Below are positions 1-13,108 of a stretch of 64,000 bases of DNA, piece after piece. The stretch's first letter is position 1, and each line of letters begins with the position of its first letter. Source of the stretch: Antechinus flavipes (lineage: Eukaryota); assembly GCF_016432865.1 (NCBI RefSeq), contig NC_067401.1:181598001-181662000 (forward strand), read 5' to 3'. The notes beneath the pieces were generated by a model. That model ran no database searches, was not told the origin of the DNA, and saw only the letters and a list, made by a program, of their open reading frames with translations. Both the position numbers and the translations under genes were made by a program.

Positions 1-331
1 AGGATTTCTTTTCTCTCTTCTTAGTCTTCTCTTCTCCTGCCTAAACTACTTGAAATTCATCCCCCAAATCTCATATTCTCCATTTTTTTTTCATGTCTCT
101 TCTCTCCCCACCCCAACTTTTCACAATCCTGTGATTAAAAAATAATAAGCAATGCCAAACAGGGCTGGTGATAGATGAAGAAGAGAAAGAGGAAAAAGAA
201 CAGGATGTCCAAAAGAGGGACCTAAATAAAGCTATTTGTTCTAACGACAAGAGAACAACAACCCATTTAATTCAGTCTCTCTTCCATCTCTAATCTCTGT
301 GCCTCTAGAATTAAAAGAAATCAAGACTTAC

Positions 332-562
332 CTGCAACAGACTCAAGGCAGGACGCTGGCATCTCTCCTCTAGCTCTCTGATCAGCTCTTCCAAGGAATG
401 GCTTTGCTGGATCAGCTTAGTCTTATTCTCCCTGAGTCTAGGCAGAGTCTCACTCTCCTCCTCCTCTAGCTTGTGCAGGAGCCTCTGCTCCTCCTCAGCT
501 AGGAAGCTTCTAAGCTTATCAAACTCAGCTGTAACATTCTGTTTCTGGCTCTCCACCATTTT
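332..562 (-). CDS. TRIM11: TRIM11 coding exon 3 (231 bp, coiled-coil)
   Basis: Acceptor ctatag|AAAATG at 563/562 and donor CAG|gtaagt at 332/331. The peptide [10 protein letters not shown]...ALSLLQ matches the 231-bp coiled-coil exon of TRIM11 as I recall it (KMVESQRQNVLGEFERL...LGLLQ). Confidence 0.93.
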
Positions 563-791
563 CTATAGATCAAGAAAGGGATAAGAAAGCACTGACCTAA
601 GTTATCTCTGCACTTTTCCTCTTCCCCTGTTTATTCCCACATAGTTGCATTTGTTCTTCCTACAAAGGCACCCACTCTAGGGTTTGTGCCCAGAGGTTCC
701 TTGACTGCCTTGCTATCTTTCATTCCCCCTTCCACTGCACTCACTCACAAAAAAAGTAGTAAGAAAGATCCCATTTAAGCTCGTCACTTGC

Positions 792-887
792 CTGCCAAAT
801 AATACACGTCTCCTTTCCTTGGGTTTGAAACTGCAGAGCTTCTCCCATTTGCCTCCTTAGATGCTCCAGCGATTTCTCCAACTTTCC
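792..887 (-). CDS. TRIM11: TRIM11 coding exon 2 (96 bp, coiled-coil), GC-AG donor
   Basis: Not in the ORF track. Reads tctcttctag|GGA AAG TTG...ATT TGG CAG|gcaagt, giving [32 protein letters not shown], close to the recalled human exon 2 ([32 protein letters not shown]). Exactly 96 bp, phase 0. Confidence 0.9.
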
Positions 888-1737
888 CTAGAAGAGAGAT
901 AAGATGATTAACTCTTCAGTAGTACAAGAGCACCCAATCCTTCCCCATACCTTAGGGAAAACTCAGTTTTATGACTTCTATAATCTTTATATAGATGGTC
1001 CATAATCATAAATGGAACCTTCTCTGTTCCCTGCCTAAATATATTTTCTCTACATCAAGAATTTGTCTTTTCAAGACACAGCTAAAGCAGCTTCTTCTCC
1101 ACCATATCTTTCCAGTAATATATCAATGTTGATACTCCTCTTAACGACCTTTTACTTATTTTGTAATCAACCTGTATATGTTTACATGTGTGCAGTCTGT
1201 CATAGAATGTGGGCTCCTTAAGTCTCCTTCCTTTAACTCTTTTCCCTCTGGAACCAAATTTGACTTTGGAGTCGCATTATACTGACTAATTGATGACTGC
1301 CTCACTTAGCCCATGATTTCAGATAGTCCCCAGTCCTGCTTCATTTTACATAATCTTCCTTCATGTTCTCTAATCTTCTTTGAAGTTTGGCCTTGTAATT
1401 TTGGAAACATGATTATCTCTGCCATTATTCCTACAAGGGGGATGACAATCTCTTCCCCCACGGTCCCACATATCATCCCTGTAACTTCTAGAATCAGTGC
1501 TTCTCTCTGGTTTCCACTTCTCCATGTGTGTTGTGTCCTCATATTGCAATGTAAGCTTTGTGGGCAGACCGTCTTTTGATTTTTCTTCCCAGAGCTCAGG
1601 ATTTTTTCCTTCCATTTGAATTTTTCTCCATTTTGCCAATGAATATTCCTTGAGAGTGGCGATTGTCTGATTTATTTTTGTCTCTGTATCCCTAGCCATT
1701 AGAACAATGCCTAGTATCCAGCAGTGTCATTACTAGA

Positions 1738-2275
1738 TGTTGTTACCAAGGAAATCATAAAGGAGGGGAAAGGACCCACATTTTCCAAAATGTTTGTAAC
1801 AATTCTTTTTGTAGTAGCAAAGAATTGAAAAATGAGTAGATGCCCATCAATTGGTGAATGGCTGAACAAGTTGTGTTATATGAAGGTAATAGAATATTAT
1901 TATTATGTTAAAAAATGATGAACAAGCTGATTTTAGAAAGGCCTGGAAAGATTTATACAAACTGATACTGAACAAGTAAAATCAGGATTACACTGTCCAC
2001 AATAACAGCAAAAATATGCAATAATCAACTATGAAAGACTTGGTTCTTCTCAGTGGTTCAGTAATCCAAGTAATCCCAGTAGACTTTGGACAGAAAATAC
2101 CATCTGCATCCAGGAAAAAAACTAAAAAGACTGAATGTAAATCAACACATCTATGTTCACTTCTTTTTCTTGTTTTTTTATGTCTCCCATGGTTTTTCCC
2201 ATTTGCTCTGATTTTTCTCTCCTCGTGATAAAGCAATGTGTATTAAAAATAAATAAATTTCTAGGGGAAAAAAAA
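1738..2275 (+). mobile_element. 5'-truncated L1 (ORF2 end, 3' UTR, A tail) in TRIM11 intron 1
   Basis: caaagaattgaaaaatgagtagatgcccatcaattgg..gaatggctgaacaa is a typical L1 ORF2 C-terminus; A-rich end. Confidence 0.8.
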
Positions 2276-4181
2276 GAACATTGCCTAGCATATGAAAGGC
2301 ACATGATAAATTCTTGATTAATCAAGAAAAGTTTTGATTCTCCTTGGAAGGCAATAGATAGCCAATAAATGACTGAACTGAATAAATGACAAAAAGATTA
2401 ATCTTGCCAATAGTATGACAAAAGAAAGCACAAAGAGGCTTTCCTATCAGTCTAGCCAAGTGGTGATAAGAACCAATGGTAGTAAGAGAGGACAGAGGAG
2501 GAAAGAATGTAAGATTTTGCAAAAACAGAACATAGTCTTGGTAAATGGAATCTTCCCTTTCATTCCTCTCTTCCAATTCAACTAAGTATTTATCAAGTAG
2601 CAACAACACTTTAGCACAATGTCTGATGTACATAATTAATGGGTATGAAAGGAAGGCTAATTGACATGCTAGGTGCTAGGGCTACAAAGAGAAACAAGAA
2701 ATAAACTCCTGATAAGTTCCAATTAAAGTTCCAATATGGGTAGCTGAGTAATATATAAAAAGGCAAAATTTAAAGAGAAAGCATAGGTAACAGCCACTAG
2801 GGGGAGATCAAGAAAAATTTCACTTACACAATGGCACTTGAAATGAACCACAAAGAAAACTAGAAATTCTACAAAGCAGCAGTGAGGAGGGAATACAAAA
2901 GTATAGAAACAGAAAATGAAGTTTTATGTCTGAATCAGTTTGATTGGACCATAGTGTGTATAAAAAAGTCATAATAAGGCAGAAAAAGTAGGCTAGAGGC
3001 AAGTCTGAAAAGCTTTGCAAAAACAAGATCCAAAAATCCTTTCCAGACTTGTGCCCTTAGGAAAAGATATAGGACAAGAATAAAATTGGAATAAGGATAG
3101 AAACAAAGTTAAAAAAAGTACCTTTTGTCTGGTTGAAATCAGTGTTCCCCACTCCCTAAAATGAAGAGTACTGGGATCAATCTAAGCAGTATCTTCTCTC
3201 CCTCTTTCCTGAAGACATTAGGGTATTGATTAGATGAAACAAGTTCCTTTAGTTAATTCAGATAAGCTTGGGAGTCAGAAGAGGGAGGGGATAGAAAGGC
3301 CCATAAGGAAAATGGTCAAAGAAGATAGAGTTCCTGAAGGATCAAATAACTGTTCTAGAATTCTGATTTTAAAAATTATTTTTTTATCATTTTATGACTT
3401 CTTCCTTCCATGCTCAAGTTTCCCAAGTTATTTCAAGTTGTCTGGGAGGAGAGAGATATTTGAGGGCAAGGAGGGGGTAAGACCATCAATTGGGATATTT
3501 CTCTCAAGTTAGATGTCTTTTGAATAATGTTAAATGAATAAAAACTTTTTCCAGTAGATTTGTGTATAAAACAGAGTACAGTATTAATATTTTTCATCAA
3601 CTTTAAGTGCCAAGCAGAATTTATATTTCATATTATATATTTTCATCAAAATAAATATCTCTTTTGGACATGGTGCTGACAAAATAAATGACATCAAAAG
3701 AAACAGCAATTTTTATGAAAATGGCAGTGAGTAATCTGGATGTTAATTATAATTCATGTAAGAAATTTTATAAGGTACATTTGGAAATGACAGGAGATGA
3801 CTGATGATTCTTTAAGTGAAATTGCTAAGGGAAAATAAATTTCCGCTTTAGCATTCCCTCACCAGTCTCATCTGACAGTAATTTGTCCTTTCTCTGACCT
3901 CCTACTTCAGTTAGCCAAACCACTTATTTAGGCCCTTAATCATATACTTGTATATATTGTAATGTAATTTCTCCAAATAAGACTTGAGGTTCCCTGAGGG
4001 CAGAGGTTTTCTAATACTTTTTAAAAATGTTCCTCTTTAGTAACACTTAAATCCAGTAGTGTAGATAAACTGATATCTTGTTAATGAAATAACTTACATG
4101 CTTAATAAATTATCACAAACTCAATAGTCATTAAATAATTTATGATTTAAGATTACATATGTGTATATATATACATACATA

Positions 4182-4211
<30 letters not shown>

Positions 4212-4229
<18 letters not shown>

Positions 4230-4338
4230 GCTGAGGCAATTGAGATAAAGTGTCACACAACTAGGAAGTGTCTGAGGCCAGATTTGAATTCAGGTCTTCA
4301 CGATTTCAGGGCTCTATCCACTACACCACCTAGCTGCC
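4212..4338 (-). mobile_element. WSINE1-like marsupial SINE with a (TA)n expansion at the tail
   Basis: ggcagctaggtgg..gtggatagagc..aattgcctcagc-A tail; TSD ATTTAAGATTA at 4145-4155 and 4341-4351. Confidence 0.82.
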
Positions 4339-5049
4339 TTATTTAAGATTATATTGCCCAATAATCTCAGAAATAGGATAGGCATTAAGCTTGGGCTGTT
4401 TAAAAGAATCCATCACTATGCTCCACATACTTTTAGTTTTTATTGGGAAAGACAGGAATAAACATTTGTTTAGTGCTTACTATGTGCCAGGCACAGTACT
4501 AAACATTTTACAATTATTATCCCATTTGATCCCATTTTTATCCTCCAATAATCTGGTAAGTTAGATGCTATTATTATCCTCATTTTACAATTAAGAAAAA
4601 AAATCAGCCCCATATATCACTTAATATTTGTGTGGCCCTGGACAAATCACAATCTCTCCAGGCCTCAGTTTTCTCATCTATAAACTGAAGGGGTTGGATG
4701 TGATGGCCTCTCGGTTTCCTTCCAAATCTAAATTTAGAATTCTATTAGGAGAAGTTTCTACTGGCCCTTGAAATTCGAGTATGATGAACTCTTCATTTAC
4801 TCTTGGAAAGGAACTGCAAAACTAAGTTATATTTGCTGTTTTCTTATTCCTTGCCCTACTAAAGGGCATCACCTCAAACCCAGACATCTGGGCTCCATTA
4901 AAATCTGTGCAACAGTGCCCCTGGGTTTCGTCCCTCTTTCTATGCCTGAGTTGTAAAATGCTGGTCCCAATTCCTGGCTTTCGATTCGGGTGAGCGGGCT
5001 GGTACTATGTATTTTGCTAACTACTAGTTTCTCGAAGAGTCTTCATGTC

Positions 5050-6110
5050 TTTCAGACCAGTTTCCCGTGTGGACTTGGCCTTCTGGGCTTCGACTCACCT
5101 GGTAGTCCTCTGCGGCTTCCTCCACAGGGGACACCCGGTGGGTCCAGTGGTCCCGAGAGCGCTTGCATGTGAGGCATAGGAGCACCTGGTCCTCCTCGCA
5201 GAAGAGCTTCAGTGGCTCCCGGTGTTTCCTACACAAACCCTGGGGTACAGGCGACGGTGGATGCAACTGCCGAGCCATCTCGGCCATCTTGGCCAGCGGC
5301 CTGTTGGGCCGTAGGTTACTCTGAGGGGACATCTCCCTACACTCCGGACATGGAAATGGACCCTCGGCTTGTTCCCAGCAGCGACTAATACACTCCCGGC
5401 AGAAGTTATGGCCACAGTCGGTCATCACCGGATCCGTGAAATAGTCCAGGCAGATGGCGCAGGTGGCTTCCTCCTGGAGGCTGGCAGACAGATCGGAGGC
5501 CGCCATGGTTGCGGCTGAGGGAATAAAGCGGGAGGGTCGGTCAGTCAGTCTCTGTCGCTCGGTGGCTAGAGACAACCCTGGAGATATAGAGTCGAGAATC
5601 CCCAACTTCCCTACTGCGAGTAAAGAAAGCGGCGCATCCCACCGTTTGTTCCCAGCAAGGACGGAGAGAGATCAGAGCCCCTAAAGAAGTGCAGAGGGCG
5701 AGCCGCTTGCCTCTGCAGTGCTTGTCGGGGTCTAAATTCCCCACTCTGGGTTAATTTTTGTCCTGGAATTGGAAAGATGACAACTTCGAGGAGTAGGCAA
5801 TCTGCCAAGCACAGCAACTACCAGGAAGGGTGCACCAGGAAGGGTAGAGAAACCGCAAAGACCCGTATCGGTTACAAATCGCAAAGCGAAGGGCTGAGCA
5901 TGAAAATGTGCCTGGAAGGCAGTCTAGACAGCTCAGGAAGAAGCAGCAGAAGCAAAAGCAGGGAAAGAAGGAGGCAGCGGAAGCAGGAAGACAGGAGACT
6001 TTTTTTTTTCTTTTGGAACAACCCGCTTCGTTCTGGATTGGCCGGTTTCTATCACGGGATCTGGGCTACTAACGGAGCATTTTAGATTAGAAACCGTTCT
6101 TCAGATGACA
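5050..6110. promoter_or_regulatory. CpG-rich TRIM11 exon 1 and promoter region
   Basis: Visibly high CpG density against an AT-rich background. GATTGG (CCAAT on minus) near 6036-6041. Confidence 0.65.
5099..5506 (-). CDS. TRIM11: TRIM11 coding exon 1 (408 bp; RING and B-box2)
   Basis: ATG in Kozak context gcaaccATGG at 5506. [39 protein letters not shown]...CPEC is a C3HC4 RING, followed by B-box CRKH...C..C...H..H. Donor CAG|gtgagt at 5099/5098. Highly similar to the TRIM11 N-terminus. Confidence 0.93.
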
Positions 6111-6859
6111 TCAATGAAATCACTGTATTTTAAGAAAAGTCCAAGTTGAAAGTTTGGGATCTTGGGAGAAGGCAGTTTGAGAAAATTGTTTAGAGGATGT
6201 GGCAGTAATTTCCTTGATTTTTTTACAGCTTTGATCCCGGTAGACCCCCACCTCTCCTACTGGGTCCTCTCATTTACCCAGGTTTTCATAGAATTCCTCA
6301 ATTATAGATGTGTCCTTACAGCTATTACTAGTCTCAGTGGTCAAAACTCTGCGCCTAGAGTCAGGACGCGATGATTTCAAATTCATCTTAGGACACTTAA
6401 ATGTGAAACTCTGGTCAAGTTATTTAAACTATTTGCCTCACTTAGCTCATCTATAAAAATAAGGGTACTAATGATAAGGTCCATTATTCAGGGTTGCTGT
6501 GAGGCTCAAATGAGAATATAGCTGTAAAATGCTTACTTCAATTCCTGGCATTTTAATAAGTATAATAATGTATTATTATATTCATCAATCTTCTTAAATG
6601 GATGTAACTAGGATCCTCCCCCAAGTTGTCTCCTTTTAAAAGGCAGCTTAGGTGGCACATGGAACAGAGAGCTATGCCTGCAATTAGGAAAACCTGAGTC
6701 CTTTTAGAGCTTTATCCACTTCTGAAGTTCATGTGTACCCAGATCTTACCTGCATACACAGCAGCTATACTGTATACAGTTTCAAGCAAATGACCTAAAT
6801 CAGTTTGAGTGTAACAAACAGGCCTCACATCCCTTGACGAGTTTAGGGAGATATCTACC

Positions 6860-7140
6860 ACAAGCTTGTGAAGATTTCCCTAGGCAGAATGGATGGATGA
6901 GAATATATTCCTAAAGCCATGAAGATGGCTGGAGCTTAGAGCTCAGTTAGATATCAAAGATGTCAAGATGCAATACCAAATCATCATTAGATATTTTGAC
7001 TTTTAACTTGCCACCAGACTTTGATAATTCTGCAAGAGAGATTGAGACTGATGACTTTGTGCTATACTCTGCCTCCCTTAAATCCAATTCATAGGGAAAT
7101 CAAGATATTGTCCTGTGATAACATTAGCCCATTTAAAAAA
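6860..7140 (+). mobile_element. RTE-related marsupial SINE (MAR1/WALLSI-like), degenerate
   Basis: gatggctggagc..gacttt..ctctgcctc.cttaaatccaattca..gatatt.tcctg..cattagccc. Confidence 0.55.
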
Positions 7141-7610
7141 TGCAGCATACCTGATACATTTTAGACATTTAAAAATACTTCCTTCCCTTTTTTCTCTTTC
7201 CTCAATTGGGTGCTTGATGATTTCACCAACACTTAGATTTGTGATGAGAATTTGACTCAGGGAACTTGCCTCCAAGGACAACTAAGAAAAATTCCCTTAA
7301 ACTCTACTTTGAACCTAATAACATTTTGACTATGTCTGCTGCTGGTTTGAAATAATCAAGCTTGGTTCCTTGACCTTCCTGATAGACATGCATATGTTCC
7401 CCTTCTGCTGTCTGTCTCCTAATTTGTAAACTGCATTCTTTCCCTTCTGGTCTGATTAAAATCCCATTTTACTCATCCTGCCTATGCATATTCTAAGGTT
7501 GCTGAATCTCATAATCTGTGTTCAATGAATGACTGATAATTCATCAAAGCCTGTTCTCTCATTTCTGAATTGTTGATGGGTGATTGGCAACAGTACCTTA
7601 TCAATAGTAA

Positions 7611-7667
7611 TTTTGTCACAGACCCTGTGACAATTTTTGTCACAGACCCTGTGACAATTTTTGTCAC
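7611..7667. repeat. 24-bp tandem repeat (about 2.4 units) built from alternating inverted TGTGACAA half-sites
   Basis: (ttttgtcacagaccctgtgacaat)x2 followed by ttttgtcac. Confidence 0.9.
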
Positions 7668-8098
7668 TCTTATGTTACATCAATGTAGATGACTCCCAAA
7701 TCCTTCAGCCTTCATTTTTTCAGCTTTTGTCCCATATCTCTGTCTTCTGGACAGTTCCACGTGGATGCCCCATAGATTTCTGAAACGTAATGTGTACTCA
7801 ATTCATCCTTCATCACAAACTTTTTGATTTTTCTTTCATATTTGTTACCAGTACCAACCAGTGACTCATTCGATCCCAAATATCCAAGCAATCGAGTTTT
7901 ATTATTCCACTTTCTTATCTCTTCCACCTTTCTCTTTTATTTTCTACTTATAATTAAGATCACCCTACAGACAAGAACTTGATCATGTCACCTGGAATAC
8001 TGAATAGCTTTCTAAGCAAATCTCCTGGCATCTAATTTATCCTATTCAATTTATCCTTCACACAACTACAAAAGTGGCATTCAAAATAACAGGCTTGA

Positions 8099-8243
8099 GG
8101 AACAGCTAGATGGTACAGTGGATAGAGCACCAACTCTGAAATCAAGAGGACCTAAATTCAAATGTGACCTCAAGCACTTAACACGTCCTAGTTGTGTGAC
8201 CCTGGGCAAGTCACTTAACCCTAATTGCCTCAGGGGGGAAAAA
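8099..8243 (+). mobile_element. WSINE1-like SINE
   Basis: cagctagatggtacagtggatagagcacc...aattgcctcag; TSD core CAGGCTTGA. Confidence 0.82.
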
Positions 8244-8958
8244 TGCAGGCTTGAACCTGTCCTCTACTTGATCTGCTCAAGAAACTTAAGTTGTCCCCCA
8301 TTATCTTTAAATTACAAATCCTTAGATTGGTATTTTAACTCCTATTCAATCTGATCCTAGGCTACTTTTCCATGTTTATTACACATTAGTCTCTCATACA
8401 CTGACCCAGTGAAATTGGACTACTTGTTAATACTCATTTCCGTCTGACTCCTCTTGACCCTATAAGGTTTTTTGTTACCAATTGGCCATTTACTTTTTCA
8501 ACACATTATACAGATTGAAGAGGCAAACTGACTTACCCAGGGTCGCACAACTAATGTGGCAGATTTACCTGGCCCAACATCCCTCATAAAAGACATACAA
8601 GACATGAATTCTATCTCTACCTAGGCAAAAATTGTCCCTCATGCAATGCTCTCCTCCCTCATTTCTGTTTAGAACCCCTACTTCACGCTTATTTCTAGGA
8701 TTATGGGGGTTATTAAACATCTTACCTCTAGAGCAACAAGTTTCTGGAAGCCGCAGGTTAGCAGGGCCTGTGATAGTTACTCTTTGTCTTCTGCTTTCCT
8801 TAGCATTAGAAAACATTCATCCCCTTCAAAATTCATTCTGGGTTGGATTATACATTTAACCTGGAAATGTAAAGAAATAACTGCATTCATCGAGATTCAT
8901 CCAAGTTGTACACTCTGCATACAAGTTGTATAGTACAGCCCCCATTGAGAATATATGT

Positions 8959-8974
8959 GGCTCTTAAAAGAGCC
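8959..8974 (-). terminator. Histone 3' stem-loop of H3 (9001-9411)
   Basis: GGCTCTTTTAAGAGCC on minus, preceded by CCAAA. A purine-rich AATGGGGCTGT element lies downstream. Confidence 0.95.
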
Positions 8975-9000
8975 TTTGGATTAATTTCACGCCTTTTGGC

Positions 9001-9545
<545 letters not shown>

Positions 9546-10672
9546 AATTCAAACCTCTAATTCCACTTAGTTAAAAAGCTAGTTTATGGCAAAAGCAGTA
9601 CTGAAGATTTTTCTTGTATTCTAGAATTAAAATATTCGTCAGAATAAAACGGATTTCCGTTGTCCCTCCCCCAATACTGCAAATGCCCGCGCCGGTTGGT
9701 GATTGGTCTTTCTGCACTTTTTTTTTCTTTTAAATTTTTATGTTTGTCTGTATTATAACTTGTTATTGAAAGAGTGATTTGTCTCAAAGAAGAAATTTTT
9801 AGATTCTCTGTGAACTACCAACAAACCCCAAGAAAAATAGAAACATTCTTTTGATTTTATAATATTTACCCCCTTTTTTTTTTTTTTTGCCCAAATCATA
9901 TCTCGTAGGAAAGAAACCCACGAGTGGAAGTGGAGGGGCATGAATGAGCTGCTAAAATATTTGTGAATTATACACGATAATAAAATCATGTTAATAAAAA
10001 AGCAAACTTTTTCTAGCTCTCATAAACATTGGTCAGATGTGATTTACTTTATCGAATTGAACGAGCATTTCCCAGAGATTTCAGATCCCAAAGACAAATT
10101 ACTTTCATGTGAATTAGCCATTTCAATATTTTAATCATAATTGTGAGCTGTGAGGAAGCTTAACGATGTGGCCATAAATCAACTCTTATTTTACAGAAAA
10201 GGAAACTAACTCCCAAGTAATGAAAGGAATTACTCACAACTCAAATGCAGACCGATCGGATTAGATTAGATCAGAGCTTTCTAACCTGGGATTCATGAAC
10301 GCTGAGAAGGGGATCCTTGAAATTAGTTACAGGGATGGGAGGGAAGTTAGGTCTTTATTTTCATTAACCTTTAAATTTCAACTTAAAAATCTTTCAACTT
10401 AAAAAGAAACACAGGCTTTACCAAACAATCCAAGGGGTGCATCACACACATAAAGGGTAAAGTTCCCTGCATGATAGCCTGTTATGGAAGGTAGAATTTA
10501 GGAAGCATCCTGGGCAATGGCGGGAAAGAGGCAGGGAAGGAGTGAGGAGTTAGTTAGGTATAGTAGCTGCTGGTGCAAACTATGAGACCCAAAAAAGTAT
10601 TTCCTCCTCCCACCCCTTCCCCCAACTCCACCCCCACTACCATCCTCAATCCCCCATCAAGTTCCTTTAGGC

Positions 10673-10860
10673 CGGGGGGGTGGGGAACCTCCGGCAGAAT
10701 TAGGCCATCAAAATTTGCTTAATCAACCTCTGACGATGCCGAGCTGAAAAATAGAACCTCCCCACAGCTTGAGTTCTATAAATTGATCATTTTGTATAGC
10801 CCGCAAATGATGTTATAAATATCAAATTGCCCTTGGCAGAAAAAAGACTCCCCATCCCTG
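10673..10860 (+). mobile_element. hAT-type MITE (about 190 bp)
   Basis: Ends C(A)GGGGTGGGGAACCT and AGACTCCCCATCCCTG are imperfect inverted repeats; no clean 8-bp TSD. Confidence 0.65.
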
Positions 10861-11377
10861 CGGCCGAGCTCTGGTAAGCAAAAATCACTGTTCCGAAGAT
10901 CTTCAAGTCGGCTTTTCTACTTTCTTTAAGCTACCATTCCAATACTGAGATTGTTAGAATACCTGACAGGTTAGCACAGATAATTGTACACTTCTTTCTT
11001 TCCAGATACATATGAGCTTTCTCTTCCCAAAAGTCGCAGGAAATGAAACATGGGAGGCGGAATCTTTAGGCAACTTCCCGAGTTAGAATACATCAGAAAA
11101 CAGAAAGGGAAAAACGGAAACCTGGAACTAATCCCCATCTGATAGCAGTTAGCTGGAGAACAAGGTATTGCTTCAGCCTTCTCTGCCTGCTCTATCTAAT
11201 GGTTTCCTCCAGCATTGGAAGGGAGGTTAAAACGGAATGAAACCAGAAGATGCTGGTTTGGACTGCCCTCAGCTACTGGGAACAGGTGAAGTGGCTTGGC
11301 ATATAGAAAATATTCCTCCTTCCCTGTCCGCTGAGTATTTGGGCGAAGGAGAGGAGAGCAAGGACTTTTAATGAAGA

Positions 11378-11620
11378 TTTCCGGGCATCAATCGAACCAG
11401 ATAAAAGACCCTGCCGGCTACAAAGTTCTTCAACTAAAAAACAAGGGCGGGAGTGAGAGTGCGAGGGGGAAGGAAGTCTTTAGAAACTTAATGGAAAATA
11501 GAATGTGAAAGTGTCAGAAAAACCATTTTCCCAGGGATTTATGTAACTAATGATTTTAGTGCCCAAAATGGCACTATTAAAACCTGCAAATTGTGGATGA
11601 ATTCATTCAACAAGTACTGG
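11378..11620 (+). repeat. Direct repeat, copy 1 (243 bp)
   Basis: tttccgggcatcaatcgaacc...caagtactgg; about 7 substitutions and no indels versus copy 2. Confidence 0.92.
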
Positions 11621-11724
11621 GGGGAGGAAGGTTTTGATTCGTCACAAATTACTAACTTTATTTAAAAATCTGTCATTACACTTAATAGTGAAAGTGAATC
11701 AACCCTTTCTTTGAAAACATGAGT

Positions 11725-11740
11725 GGCTCTCAAAAGAGCC
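11725..11740 (-). terminator. Histone 3' stem-loop of H2A (11788-12180)
   Basis: GGCTCTTTTGAGAGCC on minus; AAAGAAAGGGTTG downstream element. Confidence 0.92.
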
Positions 11741-11787
11741 TTTGTTATTCAGCAAAATCGAAGGCAAAATGCAGGATTTTCTCTGAC

Positions 11788-12207
<420 letters not shown>

Positions 12208-12254
12208 TCAGGAGTAAAAGATGGAAACCTAGAAACTAAGTGACTGAACTGACC

Positions 12255-12320
12255 CTTTTATAAAACGTACTGAGCGCGAAAATAAAGCACTGTGATTGGC
12301 TAATTTTCGTAGCCAATAGA
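12255..12320 (-). promoter_or_regulatory. H2A promoter: TATA, E2F site, paired CCAAT
   Basis: TTTTATAAAA near 12256-12265; GCGCGAAAA (TTTTCGCGC on minus) at 12274-12282; GATTGG near 12294 and CCAAT near 12313. Confidence 0.75.
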
Positions 12321-12865
12321 AAAGCGAGTTTTCGATCTGTTATTGTTGAAAGCCCTTCCATCCTTCTAAGCAATAATTCTAACCATTCTGAGAGTAAATC
12401 AAAGTGAAGGAGAGGAAGTTGGGGGAGGGGAGAGAAGAAGAGAAGGGAAAATAAAGGGAGTACTGTTCCTCTAATGTTAAGCAGCAGCCAACAGAAAGAC
12501 TATGTGACTGGATACACATTTTTCTGGAATGACTGTAGTTATGAGAAGTTCCATGAAGTTTGTGTGTCTCCCAAAAGGAATGAATAGCAACCTTATGACA
12601 ACGCAATTTGCAGGAAATTGCCATGACATCATCAGTTACATGTTCCCATTATGACGAACTCTGATGAGGTCAAAGAAAAATTTGTGAAGATTTGGAGACC
12701 CTTATCATCAATGTGCTGAAAAAGAACAAGTTTGTAATTCTAGATTACTTTGACAGGGTGAAACTGTGTCTCCTTTAATCTGTAAAATAATCACTTTGCC
12801 CCTTTGATTCCTGGCCTCCCAGACTCCAGAGAATCTATGAAAAGACATATTTCCCAAACTGGACT

Positions 12866-13108
12866 TTTCCGGGCATCAATCGAACCAGATAAAAGACCCT
12901 GCCGGCTACAAAGTTCTTCAACTAAAAAACAAGAGCGGGGGTGAGAGTGCGAGGGGGAAGGAAGTCTTTAGAAACTTAATGGGAAGTAGAATGTGAAAGT
13001 GTCAGAAACACCATTTCCCCAGGGATTTATGTAACTAATGATTTTAGTGCCCAAAATGGCACTATTAAAACCTGCAAATTGTGTATGAATTCATTCAACA
13101 AGTACTGG
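12866..13108 (+). repeat. Direct repeat, copy 2 (243 bp)
   Basis: Same sequence 1488 bp downstream; the two copies bracket the H2A gene. Confidence 0.92.

Noticed and set aside
1370-1699. 109-aa minus ORF in TRIM11 intron 1 with an RG/RD-rich look
   Set aside because: Its nucleotide sequence contains two L2 3'-end motifs (ggcattgttcta..gggatacagagacaaaaa and agacggtctgccc..gcttacatt); no splice or codon support.
8099-8243. tRNA-like A/B box sequences
   Set aside because: Heads of tRNA-derived SINEs; no cloverleaf tRNA gene could be supported anywhere in the window.
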